NCBI GenBank assembly: GCA_951406725.2
Contig: OX597814.1
Location: forward strand, 129,456,001 to 129,520,000
Length of the DNA: 64,000 bases
Direction of reading: 5' to 3'
Source: Octopus vulgaris
Lineage: Eukaryota
Shown here: piece after piece, positions 26,232 to 40,361 of the stretch
How the letters are laid out: each line of letters begins with the position of its first letter
How positions within the stretch are numbered: position 1 is the stretch's first letter
Position numbers and translations under genes: made by a program
Notes under the pieces: generated by a model
What the model saw: only the letters and a program-made list of their open reading frames with translations
Told to the model about the DNA's origin: nothing
Databases searched by the model: none

Positions 26232-26406
26232 CGCCACATAGACAGCTTTGGTGATGGTGCCAAGTAAAAAGAACTGATGATGGTGCCATGTAAAACGTAC
26301 TGGTAATGGTGCCACATAAAATGCATTGGTGATGGTGCCACATAAAAAGCATTGATGATGGTGCCACATAAAAAGCATTGGTGATGGTGCCACATAAAAA
26401 GCATTG
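26232..26406. repeat. 26-bp tandem repeat, 6 copies plus a partial copy
   Basis: Consensus GTGATGGTGCCACATAAAAAGCATTG. Confidence 0.95.
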
Positions 26407-26672
26407 TAATCCAGAAACACGTCCATAATTAATTGAAGACTTTGATTTCATTATTTTTCTTCTTTTTACCTATGTGAGTTACAAACATTGTTATCTGTGG
26501 AGACATATTTTGTAGGAAAAAGAAATAGCGGTCTTTTGGCTGCTATTTCTAAATTTTCAGTATGTGGTGAAGCAACTTGTTGCTAAACCCTTAATTATTG
26601 TTATAATTATATATATATATATCTGTACATAAGGGACGGCTTTGGACATTGTGATATTCATGCTGTCTTCAA

Positions 26673-26706
<34 letters not shown>

Positions 26707-27645
26707 ATGTTTGTGTTTATGTGTCTTTATGCTTGTCACACACAGAGCTTGAAAACCATCTCCGTAGCTTAGTAGTTGACAAAAGATGCTGGTAGAATGA
26801 GTACTAGACTTCAAAAAAATAACTACCGAGGTCAATTTGTTGAACTAACGCCTTTCAAGAAGGTGTCCCAGTATGGCTGCAGTTCAATGATTGAAACAAG
26901 GAAAAAAGAGTGTTTTTTTTTTTTAGGATTTACAATACCAATAAACACTAAAATTAGACCACTAGAAAATTTTGTTTGATCCAACCACTAAGCTGCCACA
27001 AATTCTAGGCATCACAATCATTGTTGATCTTGCCTGTTTTGTAAATCTCTTCAGTCACATATAACAACCATAATCAGGTTAGATAACAAATGAAATTCTA
27101 TACCCTACATATGACTATTTCAAGTACACAAATAGAAATAAAACAAAAATCACTCAAAATAATACATTTATAGTTGAAAATGTCAAACTACTGGTTTGAT
27201 TAACAAGATACATTCCCCCACTCCCCTACACATACAAACTAGAAAAAGAATAACAAAGATAAATAAAACAAAAGATATGAGGTCAGGCATTATTGAAGAA
27301 GATGCTATTTACAACCATCCTACTTTATCTTAATTTGGAACTCTTCCAAAAAAAGTTCAATGCATCAGATCTTTAATCAAAAACTATTTATGTCATCTGC
27401 AAAAGATCTTTCTTTCATGCAGGAAACAAATAATTTTCTCAAAAACACAAATCCAAAAGCAAACAAAAATTTCTGTGTTAAGACCATCTTTGCAGATTAT
27501 TCACGTAATTGCAAGCTCAATTTCCCATCTTTAATAAATGCTTTCTTTCTTTCTTTCAGAGAGACTTAATGCTTAAAGATTGGATCATTAAAGTTTCTAT
27601 TGATCTACCTCAGCACCAGCTCACAAAAGCTTACAACTATACCAG

Positions 27646-27956
27646 CATATCATCATCATCATCGTCGTTTAACATCTGCTTTCATTGCTAGCATGGGTTG
27701 GACAAATGACTGAGGGCTGGCAAACCAGATGGCTGCACCAGGCTCCAGTCTTGATCTGGCAGAGTTTCTACAGCTGGATGCCCTTCCTAACGCCAACCAC
27801 TCCGAGAGTGTAGTTGGTGCTTTTACGTGCCACCAGCAGAGGGGCCAGTCAGGCGGTACTGGCAACGATCTCACTCGAATCTTTTACACATGCCACCGGC
27901 CAATAAGGCGACGCTGGTAACGATCACACTTGAATGGTGTCTTTTACATGCCACCG
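27646..27956 (-). mobile_element. RTE LINE 3' end
   Basis: (CAT)n plus reverse-complement terminal block and units. Confidence 0.85.
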
Positions 27957-28184
27957 TATTTCAACACAATTGAAATATTTATAATGTAAGATATGCTGTG
28001 TTTTCAAGATAGTCAGGAAAGGGACAGCACCTGTGCCCTTTTCAGGGCCTCTGAAACTGCTCGAAGAAAAAGGGCAGGAAATGATGACTTGTCACAGACT
28101 TTTGATCTAACAAGTTTCCACAGTTTTCATCGATCCAGTTTCAAACAAGGTTCAGATCTCCCCCAAAGTTATTAACTTTTATGT

Positions 28185-28770
28185 CTTACTTATTTCAGTC
28201 ATTGGACTGTTGCCAAGCAGGGTCAACATGTTGAAGTGTTTAGTTGAACAAACTGATTCCAATACTCTTAATCTTATGCCAAACCACTAAGTTACAAGAA
28301 TTGTCAAGTGAGTGGTGGTGATGGTGGGGGCGGCAAGCACAAACACTCACACACACGCATATACATCCTATTTCTTTACTACCCACAAGGCGCTAAACAC
28401 AGAGAGGACAAACAAGGACAGACAAATGGATTAAGTCGATTATATCGACCCCAGTGTGTAACTGGTACTTATTTAATCGAACCCAAACGGATGAAAGGCA
28501 AAGTCGACTTCGGTGGAATTTGAACTCAGAACGTAGCGGCAGACGAAATACCGGTAAGCATTTCACCCGGCGCGCTAACATTTCTGCCAGCTCACCACCT
28601 TTATATATATCCACACACACACAAAGACACATACATATATATTCAACAGGCTTCCACATACTTTCCCTCACATGGCATTGGTCAGCTAAAAGCAATAGAA
28701 GACACTTGCCTAAGGTGCCATACAATGAGACTGAACCTGAAAACATGTGGCTGAGCTTCTTAACCCAACA
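28185..28770 (-). mobile_element. Old family A SINE with nested family B SINE (28370-28598)
   Basis: The B copy sits in the central microsatellite of A. Confidence 0.78.
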
Positions 28771-30340
28771 ACCAGAATATATTTGCTAAAGTTCTGTGCA
28801 TTAGAATCAGACCCAGATGATGTGATTGTGACGTGAACTTCTTATCCACACAGCCAAGCCTGCTCACACTTCAAGTTATTATATTCAACTTCGACATACG
28901 TAATTCCATTCAGATGAATATTGATTTCTCACATGGACACAAAGCATCAACTTGCAAGAAAAGAATTATAATTAACAAAATTTTCTGGTATATTACATAT
29001 TACAGGTTTTATTGACACTGGAACAATAAGTGGTAAGTCAACTTTGGTGGGATCTGGACGATGTATGTAAAAGGAAAAAGAATTAGTGTTCCTGCCAGCA
29101 GATCCATATTGAATGACCAAGTAAGGAGCTAAGGTACTATCCAACATAAAGCTTTGAATATGAAACTAATGAAGTAGCCACTATGTTGTTGCTCAACCTG
29201 CTAGAGATAGTAGCCATATCTCTCTTAAATCACACCCAAATGCCAATGGAACGTAAGCCATTAAAAAATTTTCCTCTGGCCAATCTTTTCAGCTTCTCTC
29301 CAGTTGGATACCTACTTTTTCAATTCTGCCTTAGTATCCCACCACCAGCTATTTTTAGGGCACCCCCTATTCTGCCTCCCTTGTGATTTCTAGATTAGGG
29401 ACTGAAATATAATGTAGGATATTGGCTACCTTTGGGATTCTGCTGCACCATGTTGCGTTTTCCTGACAGAAGGCTTTTCTCTCTCCCAGGTCTTGATTGT
29501 TTTGAATTGTCATTGATGCTTCTGTAACTTTGCTTTTTATCTAGGTAGAGGTGTTGGCTCATCACAAACCTATTTTTACCTATGGGAAGAGGTGGTCCAA
29601 ATTAGTCCAACACACGAGGCCCTACATGGAGTTTGCATTCTGCTGGTATAGCTTTCAGGGTCATTGAGGCATGCAAGGCACCACACCACAAGGACTAGGC
29701 CTGGTGGTTGCTAATGCTTTAAGGCAGAACACACAGGATAATGTAGTCTGAGATATACTATATCCAGAAAAAAAAAAGACTGATGGTCACAGCTGGAATG
29801 CCTTTGATAATAGATAAAAGATCTACTCAACCAGAGTTGACCTGGTGTTAAAGTACAACTAGGGAAACAAGGCTCAGGACTACCAACGCTTCAAAACAAT
29901 TAGCAAACGCAAAGATTGTATAACCTAAATATAGCTTTTTAATTTTCCTTCTTTCATTGAAACAAGCATAGGAAAGTAATTGAAGCAGCTGTTTTCTAAG
30001 AAATCAATTACAGCTGAAAAGATCAATTAATAGCCACAACTGGTCAAGGCAGCAACGGCTAGTTATAATGCGCTAATGACGAAATACAAGCCTCTGAACC
30101 TTTGGCTGGTAGCCAGATACCCTTCTGACGGACTGCTGTAACAATTTCATCATCTTTGTAATAGAAAGCTATTTATATATATGTCAATTAAGTCTCAAGA
30201 AGTTTTTAGAGGGCCCTGTATCTTAAGTGGATGAGAGCCCAATCTCTCCTTGGATGGAGTACAAGTGTATCAAATGCAACATTTCCAGATGATCTGTTAC
30301 CTGAAGCATTGTAAAGTGAACTGCCAGAAAACATATTTAA

Positions 30341-30561
30341 CCCTTTCAATACCAGCCTGGCTGAAACTGCCTCTGGCTCTGTAGTGCAAATGTCTTGTTT
30401 TCATAAGTTTTGAATTAAAATCTTCCACCAAACCTTGATCACAATTTACGTTCCTAACACTAGCTTAATGATAACTAAGTTATTTTACTAAATTCTTTGT
30501 TATATTTTAAATAATTGAAAGAAACACAGAGCATCTCAAAATAAATATGGTAATGAAAGGG
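30341..30561. mobile_element. piggyBac-type MITE
   Basis: TTAA-CCCTTTCAATACCA...TGGTAATGAAAGGG-TTAA. Confidence 0.88.
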
Positions 30562-31456
30562 TTAACTGTTTCAGCCTTTGTGAGTACACAACTTGTTACA
30601 AATGGTAGTTAAATCTTCCCCAAACTACACTCTACTGTCTTACAGAAAAATAGCTCAACATAGTCCTATTTACTCTTAAAAGGACAGGATTGTCATGGAT
30701 GGAACACTTTTTATTGTAAGTCAGCTGGTTTGATGTGAATTTGACGTGAGGTTAAGTAACTAACCATTTATGAGCAGTTTGACATGGGGTTAAACAACAA
30801 ACCACCTGCAACAGATTTGAACTAACAACCTATGAGCAGCTAGTTCAGTATTTGATGCAGTTAATGAGCCTGTTTCAATCAAGTCAGCCCTGATTAAAAG
30901 TATTCTATTCAGGGTCAGTCCATTAATTTTTCTTTTTTTTCAGGTGTAACATGCCCTACACCATATTACCTACAGTATCCTTTAAAATGGTAGGCTTATG
31001 GCCTGAGAGAGAGGGAGAGATTTGGCTACTATTTCAAGCAGGAAGAGCAACGTAGAGCAAAGATTCTAACTCTTTTGAAGTTCGGCACCTCCTGCCATTG
31101 AACAACATTTAAATATCTCCCAATGGTGTTTGGCAAAATAAATAAATAAAAAGACAGCAGATTATTTTACTCAAACAGAAGGAAATATTGATTTATCATC
31201 AATCATGTTTCTATTCAATAATAATGCAATGTACTATTCATATTCTAAGCAGCAATTTTTTTTTTATGCTTAAGATATATAAGTATTTTATCTGGTTTAA
31301 ACACCGTATTTAATGGTATATAAGACATACTTTTTCCTCCAAAAGAACATCTCCAAACAAAACAAGAAAAAAATCACCTCTGGTCCTAAATGCACTAAAT
31401 TTGAGATCTACTGATATAGAGGCTCACTTTTTAGCTCATCAACAGGGTTTTGTATA

Positions 31457-31689
31457 TATTTCTTAACTGCCCACAAGGGGCTAAACATAGAGGGGGCAAA
31501 CAAGGACAGACAAAGGGATTAAGTCGATTACATCAACCCCAGTGCGAAACTGATACTTTATTTATCGACCCCAAAAGGATGAAAGGCAAAGTCGACCTCG
31601 GTGGAATTTGAACTCAGAACGTAACGACAGATGAAATAAGGCTACGCATTTCGCCCAGCGTGCTAACGTTTTGTGCCAGCTCACTGCCT
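31457..31689 (-). mobile_element. SINE family B (Deu/Nin-domain-like), full length with 16-bp TSD
   Basis: GCCTTTCATCCTTT.GGGGTCGATAAA..AAGTA core; TSD AACAGGGTTTTGTATA at 31441-31456 and 31690-31705. Confidence 0.9.
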
Positions 31690-32247
31690 AACAGGGTTTT
31701 GTATAACAGACAAGTGTTATATAAGTTGAGTTCAAATCTAGTGAAAGGATAGAGCAGACGACACAGATATACTTCTGTCAGAGATATTCAGAACAACCCC
31801 TCATGACTAGCTAGCTCTGTTTAGAAACAGTCAAGTAATCAAACTCAACTTATCACATTTGCAGGAGACAGATGAGCTATCGATCAACTGACTCACGACA
31901 CTGGCTATCAATACTATGGCTGGGAGGAAGAGGAGGAGAATGCTGAGGCCAACAGATGTAGCAGTGTTTCTTGGCAACAAACACGGCATCAAAAGTTAAT
32001 AAGAAACTGCATCAAACCATAAATAAACATCGACATATATTAATATTCCTGTCCAGAAAATTAGATTTAGATACGTGCTACATTTTTAATTAGAAGAGTT
32101 GTTATGTACAAGACATTTAATGAAGTAGTTTACATGTCTTAAAGGGAAAGAAAATAAGAAAAAAGGTTAATAAGCTGTATAACTAACATGCAAAGGTAGG
32201 AACAGAGGATCTATCATTACTACTAGTGAAAATAGTATCATCCACAT

Positions 32248-32485
32248 TCATCATCATCATCATCATTTAACGTCCGCTTTCCATGCTAGCATGGGTTGGA
32301 GGGTTCGACTGGGGTCTGGGAAGCCAGAAGGCTGCACCAAGCCCAGTCTGATCTGGCAGTGTTTCTACAGCTGGATGCCCTTCCTAACACCAACCACTCC
32401 GTGAGTGTAGTGGGTGCTTTTTACGTGCCAGGCGAGGCTGGCAACGGCCACGATCAGTTGCTGCTTTTTACGTGCCACCGGCACA
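32248..32485 (-). mobile_element. RTE LINE 3' end
   Basis: (CAT)n plus reverse-complement terminal block. Confidence 0.85.
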
Positions 32486-33744
32486 TTGTCATAATTTATT
32501 TAATGGCCATTTTCCATGCTGGCATGGGTTGGATAGTTTGACAGGTTCTAATAAGTCGTGGGATTGCAATGAACTCCACAGTCAGCTGTAGCATGACTTC
32601 TACGGCTGGATGCCCTTTCCAATGCCAATGGCTTTAGCTGAAGGGCTAAGCAGACTTGGACAAAATTTGAATTTAGAACCAACAATTTCATTTTCACTAT
32701 TTTGCATTTCTCTTTGTGACTATTAAAGAAAGATTCTATAACGAGCCAACAAGTGAACCTTTGCACAGTCCCTCAACTTGCTAGAAATAACAACCAAATC
32801 TCTTTCATATTACACTACTGCTTTTAAATAAGAACAGATACATTGGACAAAGTAGCCATAGTTATATGAAAAGATGGGTATTCAAGAGATAATAGCTTGA
32901 CCAGGGGATAAACTTGGGGATAAACAACAACACAATAATAAAAATGAAATAAACTCTACCTGGTCAAAATTTAACCAAATTTTCTACTGAATTAAGAAAA
33001 ATTAGCCCGGTGTCGCCTTCTGGCTCGCCAGCCCTCAGTCAAACTGTCCAACCCATGCCAGCATGGAAAGCAGATGTTAAACGATGACAATGATGATGAC
33101 GAGATCAAAAATACAACATTATCAGATGAAATTCCCTAGATTACTGACATCATCCATTGGTACAAGACCATGATTCTACAGATTAAGAATATAGCTGGTT
33201 GAATCAACCTCAACCCTAGTACATTACTGATGCTTACTGTCCTAGGAAAGATGAGCGATAAAGTCAACCCCAGTAAGATTTGAACATAGAACACAAAGAG
33301 ATGCCATGAAATACAACAAAGGATTTTGGCAAGAATGTACCCTTATATAGGAGTTATGTTAGATGTAGGTGTGATTGCATGGTACAAAGTTTGCTTCTCA
33401 ACCACACAGTTCTGAGTTCAGTTCCACACACATTGGGCTAGTGTCTACTATAGCCCTGGGTCAACCAAAGTCTTGTTAGTGGATATGATGAATGGAAACT
33501 GAAAGTTTGTTACATGTATATATATATATATAATATGAATAATATATAAATATATGTATATATACATACATATATGTACATACCTACATCTATATGGTAT
33601 ATATACATGCATATATGGATACAGGACATCAAAAAAATGTTGAACACAATGAGAAATGAAAACATAAAAACAAAAACATGGAAACAAACTATTTTTCGAA
33701 AAAACAGTATAAGACATACAACACAAGGAATATATATATATTGA

Positions 33745-34055
33745 GTGTTGGGCCTCATAGAGGAAAAGTGGTTGAGTTCCTTTCGAATGCTGGGCCTCAC
33801 AGAGGCAATGACTGAGACCTTTGATATTATGTCATGCTTGAAAAGAAGATCCATCAGGCTGAGCAAAATCACTGTCATGGCAGATACCGGTGTCACACAA
33901 ATGGCACCCATTCTAGTGGCACATAAAAGCACCCAGTACACTCTCAGAGTGGCTGGCATTAGGAAGGACATCCGGTTGTAGAAAACCACGCCACTGGAGA
34001 CTGGTGTGACTTTCCAGCTTACCAGCATGGACAATGGACGTTAAATGATGATGAT
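33745..34055 (+). mobile_element. RTE LINE 3' end including the last ORF codons
   Basis: MLGLTEAMT..D...SCLKR matches the LINE C-terminus; (ATG)n tail. Confidence 0.8.
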
Positions 34056-34717
34056 ATATACACACATACATATATGCCAGCATGGAAAACGGACATTACA
34101 GGATAATGATGATACCTATATATATATATATATATATATACATACACATACATACATATCGTGTGTGTGTGTGTGTTTGTAACTGTCTCCTTGTCTTCAC
34201 ATCACGTGACAGGGGTAAACAAGCGCTGTCATCATACAAATGATGGATGCTAAAACAATGATAAGCTATGCATACAACTGAAACCTATGTAAACATTCAA
34301 GCGAAACCCCGCCAGCCCTTCCCTTCACTCCAAGTAACTTATACATCACACCACCTCTTACATCAACCATTTCTCTGAAGGGATGAAATGGGAAATGTAA
34401 GAAAGAGGAGTGGCTTTTTTCTGCGATAGTTGCATATTGTTGCTGAGCAATATTTACCCCATGCAAAGGGATATCAATGTACACTGGCTGATCAACAAAG
34501 GAGCTTTGACATGGTTACTGAACCTGCTAAAAATAGCAGCCATCTCTTCCTTAAATCACCCGCCCCACCACCTTAAATAAAGAGTATATGAGACGTGTGA
34601 AAGGCTATATTTGGCCAGTCTAACCCTATAACAGGTAGAATATTTGGGCTTGATATGGTCAGTTTCAATGCTATAGGGTTAAAAAATGCTAAAAACATTA
34701 AATAATGTAGCGATACA

Positions 34718-35022
34718 TTCTCTTTTACTCTTTTACTTGCTTCAGCCATTTGACTGCGGCCATGCTGGAGCACTGCCTTTAGTCAAGCAAATCGAACCCA
34801 GGACTTATTCTTTGTAAGCCTAGTACTTATTCAATCTGTCTCTTTTTGCCGAACTGCTAAGTTACGGGGACGTAAACATACCAGCATCGGTTGTCGAGTG
34901 ATGTTGGTGGGGGGGAGAGACAAACACAGATACACACACACACACACACATATACATATATACGATGGGCTTCTTTCAGTTTCCGTCTACCAAATCCACT
35001 CACAAGGCTTTGGTCAGCCCGA
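34718..35022 (-). mobile_element. SINE family A, 5'-truncated
   Basis: Tail and body present. Confidence 0.88.
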
Positions 35023-35914
35023 GTGACAAAAAGGAGAGTAAAATATTAGTTTTGAATCTAAATGATCCCAACTGTGGGTTCATTGAATAAGTAACTGTTA
35101 TAACCAAACAGTCCCAAGATCAGTGGTCTTCAACTGGGGCGTTGTGGACGGTAGGTGAGTGTGGTAGGTGTATCACAAAGTTACACTTAGAAGTATAACT
35201 AGAGAGCAAAATATTGTCACAATTCGTTTGGTGTGTACTTTTGTAAAACTACTTAGTTCGACTCCCTTGTGGATCACATGATTATTGACAGAATTACACA
35301 GAGGAAATATTTTTTTCTCAACAGGAAATTTAAAATAAGAGATTTCTCAGCTGTTGTCTCATCAACAGGCTCATGACCAAACGAGGCCCATTTACACATA
35401 CCATTATGGCTACTCCAACCCACTTTTCAAAGAATTTACTAGGGAGGAGGTGGAGGGTAGCACTTCACTTTCCTTTCTATATGAAATTTGGGAAACTGAT
35501 AAGGGCTTGGTGGAAAAGGAAAGTGTTAATGTTCAGCTTTTTTTTTTTTTTTTTTTTTTTCAAACTTGTGCACCTCATGACTGTTTTCACCAAAATCACT
35601 GTTCTTGGTCAAAAGAAGGCAGCAGGCAAATTTTATGGTGAAATCATTAGATAGACAGATTCATTCTGCCTACAACACCAGCTGTTTGACAAAACCCCAC
35701 TAATCAAATACTGTCTGAGTACATGCAGTACAGTGTCATTGTTGTGAGTGCATCTTGGATAGACTTGAGTGACAGCACTTTCATGCCTGAAAAGTTTATC
35801 TTGAGCCTGCAAGGCACTCACTCACTCAGTAGCATTACCAAGCTAGGGAAGTTATCTATAGTTCAGGAGCTGAAATTTCTCCAGTACAGACCAGTTACTT
35901 ATTTCTCATCAATG

Positions 35915-36317
35915 TCACCAGCATCGCCTTACTGGCACTTGTGCCCCGATCTAGTAGGGTGCTAAGAGCACCATCCAAGCGTGATCGTTGCCAGAGCGGC
36001 TAACTGGCTTCCATGCCAGTGGCATGTAAAAGACACCATTCAAGCATGATCATTACCAGCATCGCCTTACTGACACCTGTGCCAGTGGCATATGTAAAAA
36101 GATTTCAGCGAGTACCGCCTGACTGGCGCCCATGCCGGTGGCACGTAAAAACACCCACTACACTCTTGGAGTGGTTGGCATTAGAAAGGGCATCCAGCTG
36201 TAGAAACTCTGCCAGATCAAGATTGGAGCCTGGTGCAGCCATCTGGTTCACCAGCCCTCAGTCAAGTCGTCCAACCCATGCTAGCATAGAAAGCGGACGT
36301 TAAACGATGATGATGAT
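35915..36317 (+). mobile_element. RTE LINE 3' end
   Basis: Units, terminal block and (ATG)n. Confidence 0.85.
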
Positions 36318-37847
36318 GTCTAGTGTTTCCCCTAGAATATCATCATATATACTGACATGGCTCTTTCAGAATGGGATCCTTATTAGCAACTCTGTAATTT
36401 CTACAGCAGTGGTTCAACAGTTAGTGCATACAGAAGGAATGAGGGAGGACACTCTTGATGGAATAGAGCACATGACTTGAATAGTTATGATAGGTGGCCA
36501 TTTATTCTGACTCTTAAGCAAATTCCATTGTAGATTATTGAAGTAATCCATTCTCCGAAGATGAGGTCAAAGTCTGTTGCTTTAAGGCCAGTTGCCAAGT
36601 AATGTTGGTTACCCCTATTGAAAGCTTCTGGTTGATCCAAGTTGAGTCCCACTGAAGCCAGGCTAACTATTTATGATATATTGCATGAGATGGGGTTTAC
36701 TGAGGATAGACCTGGCCAAGATTGCACATGAATTAGGATTTCTTTGATTTGCCACAAGGGCAGCATATGAGGGAACATAACATGGTGAAAAAATACAAGA
36801 ATGGTGGGAGTTTATACAGAGTTGATTATGAAAACTCAGGCAATTGGTTAGGATCAATCAAGGAACCCTACAGATCCAGGATTGCTTTGACCAACCAAAT
36901 GCCTCCGTCCTCCAGCCTCCAGGCACATGCTCATTCAGTGGACCATATTCACAATATTTACCCACTTTTCGGCATATTTACTGTATTCTCTCTGCAAATG
37001 GTACTTAATGAGGCTTTGGCTGAAGTGGGCAGTGCTTACCCCTTGTTCTTTTAATCTTGTCCACTATATCTCTTTTACAACAGCCAACAAACAGAGGAAA
37101 ACTGCTTGCCCTTATCAACATTATCACAATCGGAATTTACAAATAATGTTGGCAAGAATAAAAGTGATTATGATGGTACTAACTTTTTTCATCTATTTTG
37201 CTGAAACTGATGATATAAAAATGTGAAAATATTAAATTGGAGACTGCTAATGATATTTTATCTTGTACATTAAAATGGAATTTTAATAACTGGAGTGATT
37301 ATTTTGTTGTTAAAAGTCTATTTAAATAATTGAAAAAGAAGAGAACAGTTGAAGATGATATCTTGTATAATAGAAAATTTATTGCTCTATCAACCTGTTT
37401 GAGAACATTGATGATAAAAGCTGTACACTATAGCAACAAGGTATTGATTGAAATTAGAAATACGGTGCATACTGAGAAGATGGAACAATGTATGATGTCT
37501 AACATGTGCTAGAATAAAACCAGAATTACCACACACCTAAAGAAATTAAAGGGTGGCAACATGTGCATGTTCTTAAAACTTGTTGGTGCATATTCTAGTG
37601 ACTAGAAGTAATATAAGTCATGAATAAAAGAGTTGAAATAGTGAAGCATGAAACCTGTTCTGCTCTGGCCCTTTTCTCATACTTTACCCCTCTCTATTCT
37701 ACATTTTCTTGTATAAAGTTTCCCCCTCGGGGCTCATAGTTTTGCAAACCGCATCTCAAAAATCACTCAGTTCATGCTGTAAAGTGGTTGGTATTAAGAA
37801 AGGCATCTCACATAGAAATCATACCACAGCAGACACTGGAGCGTGAT

Positions 37848-38136
37848 TTTTTTTTTGTTCCTTCTCGAGCCATGCCTGGCTCATAAGGGCCAGTTTCCTG
37901 GTTTCCTTGGCGTATAGGTTCCCCACCTGAACGGGATGCCGGTCCGTTGCAGGTGAGGAAAGAGTGAGAGAAAGTTGTGGCGAAAGAGTCAGCAGAAGTT
38001 CACCATTACCTACTGCCGGAGCTGCATGGAGCTTAGGAGTTTTGCTCATAAACACACACATCACCCGGTCTGAGATTCGAACCCGCAATCCCTCGACCGC
38101 AAGTCCGCTGCTCTAACCACTAGGACATGTGCATCC
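37848..38136 (-). mobile_element. tRNA-derived SINE, family C, with 15-bp TSD
   Basis: Head TAGTGGTTAGAGC..GGTTCGAATC; A-rich tail; TSD ACACTGGAGCRTGAT at 37833-37847 and 38137-38151. Confidence 0.87.
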
Positions 38137-38239
38137 ACACTGGAGCATGATGCAGTCCTTAGGCCCATCAGATCCTTTCAAACTGTCAAACTTATACCAG
38201 CATGGAACATGGTTATTAAATGATGATGATCTGGGTTTA

Positions 38240-38790
38240 ACAAAGGCTTTGAATTTCCTAACAACACATGGACGGTTTAAAAAAGATCAAATATGACGCA
38301 TCACATCATCCAAAGACAAATGGAATAGCTGAAAGAATGGTCACAAGCAACTCAACGGTTTTAAAACCACATTCACCAAGTAAAGATTCTGTTGATGCAT
38401 TTTTGAACCATTGGACAATCTTTTACTCAGAAAGACTTAGTTTATCTACGTTGATGGGCAAACAAATATAATCTTTGGTAACAATGTCTTACGAAACTGC
38501 AGCACTAGCGTGGTGTTGATGCAAACAAAATGATGGACCATAAGCAAGATTCATATCCCAAGCAATAAGTAACATAGCTGTGATTCTTAAGGGTAACCAT
38601 AGTATAACCAGCTCATGTAGATAACTAAATTTTAGCAGAAAGATTGATAGTGAACAAAATGCCAAATTAATTCCTGTCTTTGATATTCCAGACTCTATTA
38701 ATAAAACTTGTGATTTGACAACTGATATAGAACTAATATAACCAATGGTATTCGATGTGATTCTCAAATAATAAATTACATCAATGTATT
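38240..38790 (+). mobile_element. Decayed Ty3/Gypsy integrase fragment
   Basis: SHHPKTNGIAERMV matches the rve motif YHPQxNGxAERxV; followed by LMGKQI (LMGRxL). Confidence 0.7.
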
Positions 38791-39585
38791 TCAAGGAGAT
38801 ATGTTATATTAAAATTGTTGTAGTTGCATATGCATTTTCCATGCTGATTAAAACTAATTGAGGCAATTACCACTTCAGAGTGAGTACTTGGTTACGTGAC
38901 TACAAGTTTACTTAAATGAACACACACATAACAACATAACACAACAAAAACTACATGGCTAACTTGGTTTTTTGAAAATTTACAACTGTAAGGACCACAT
39001 TAATAGCTGTATACTTTTATTATAAAGACACTAGAGATTTTGCTGCTATCTTTAGTAAGTCAAGCAACCAAATAGAAGTTTCTTTATTGGAAAATTCTAC
39101 TCAATATTATTTAGAACCAGGTCAACCATAATTGTCATTTCTTTTCCAAGCACAACCCAGCAATGACAATATTATTTAATACATCTTTCCTTACAGATAG
39201 TAGAGTGGGATTTGAGGAAGAATTGGCTGCTATTTCTAGCAAGTCAAGTAACTGTGTGGTGGATCTTTCATCAGCTCAGGTGCAGGCATGGCCTCAGGAT
39301 GACCAATGCATTCAGAGTGAACTCAATAGATAGAAGCCTATCGTGTGAGTATGTGTATGCTAGTATCTGGTCACTCGACAACTGGTTTTAGCTTGCTTAC
39401 ATCCTTGTAACTTTAGCGATTCATCAAAGAGACCAATAGAATTGGGACCAATTTGACTGATTAAAAGAGACCTTCTAAGTGGTAACCTGGCCTGACTGCA
39501 GTCCAATGACTAAAACAAGTAAGAGAATAAAGGAACAGGCATCAAATTGAAATGTGCCTTTGTTACAAAGATGTGGTGCTCTTAA

Positions 39586-39804
39586 CCCTTTAGTGTTTAA
39601 ACCGGACATATCTGGCTAAAATAGTTAATCTGTTTTATGTTCAAACTGACCAGATCCAGGCTCTCACACCTACCCTACAATATTATTCTACATTAAGTAA
39701 TTACACCATCAAGATCTTGAAGATATGAGATAATGCATGATTAATTCAAATCAATGGGAATTAATAGGCATTATGTTTGATAGAATAATCTGAACGCTAA
39801 AGGG
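39586..39804. mobile_element. piggyBac-type MITE (a partial relative ends at ~34682)
   Basis: TTAA-CCCTTTAGTGTT...AACGCTAAAGGG-TTAA. Confidence 0.85.
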
Positions 39805-40361
39805 TTAAACACAATACATATTTGAAAACAGTCAGCTGGTTGTTGACATGATAAATGGATTTCAAAAACAACAACAAAACATTATTATGTGGCAATAAAT
39901 ATAGGAATAGGCAACAGGAAATATTTTAAACGCAGATAGAATCAGATCCTAGAGTTCCTGTCAGACAAACTACACGCACTTGGAGCTATGTGGCCTTTTC
40001 AAAGTTAAAAAAACTAAAAACAGTTAAGAGATAATACACATAAGAACAGTCATAAATTATAGTCTATTTTTATGTAAGATCATATTAAACCAACTTCCAG
40101 AAGATCTAAAATAGATATTTTCCCCCCTCCTTTTTTTCTCACAGTTATTTGTCCGTTTATTTATGACATCCATACCCTATTCAAGCTAGTGAGGAGTGGG
40201 GTTGTCTATGAAGTTGTCCGACCTGATGCAAATAGCAGCAAATCTCTATCTGATGGCACTACTTTTTTTTTTTGGTAAATGTAATCCAAGATAAACTTTC
40301 TAAACTGAAAACAGAATCTTTTTCACGGTTGGATCTTTTTTTTTTTTTTACTGATTTAGTT

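Noticed and set aside
27993-28175. 60-aa ORF, GCCCTTTT/AAAAGGGC hairpin and ATGATGA box C
   Set aside because: No downstream CTGA box D or terminal stem, no strong donor, no homology recognised.
35340-37050. GC-richer stretch with several 60-100 aa ORFs
   Set aside because: Possibly an ancient transposon, but I could not read any diagnostic motif or consistent frame.
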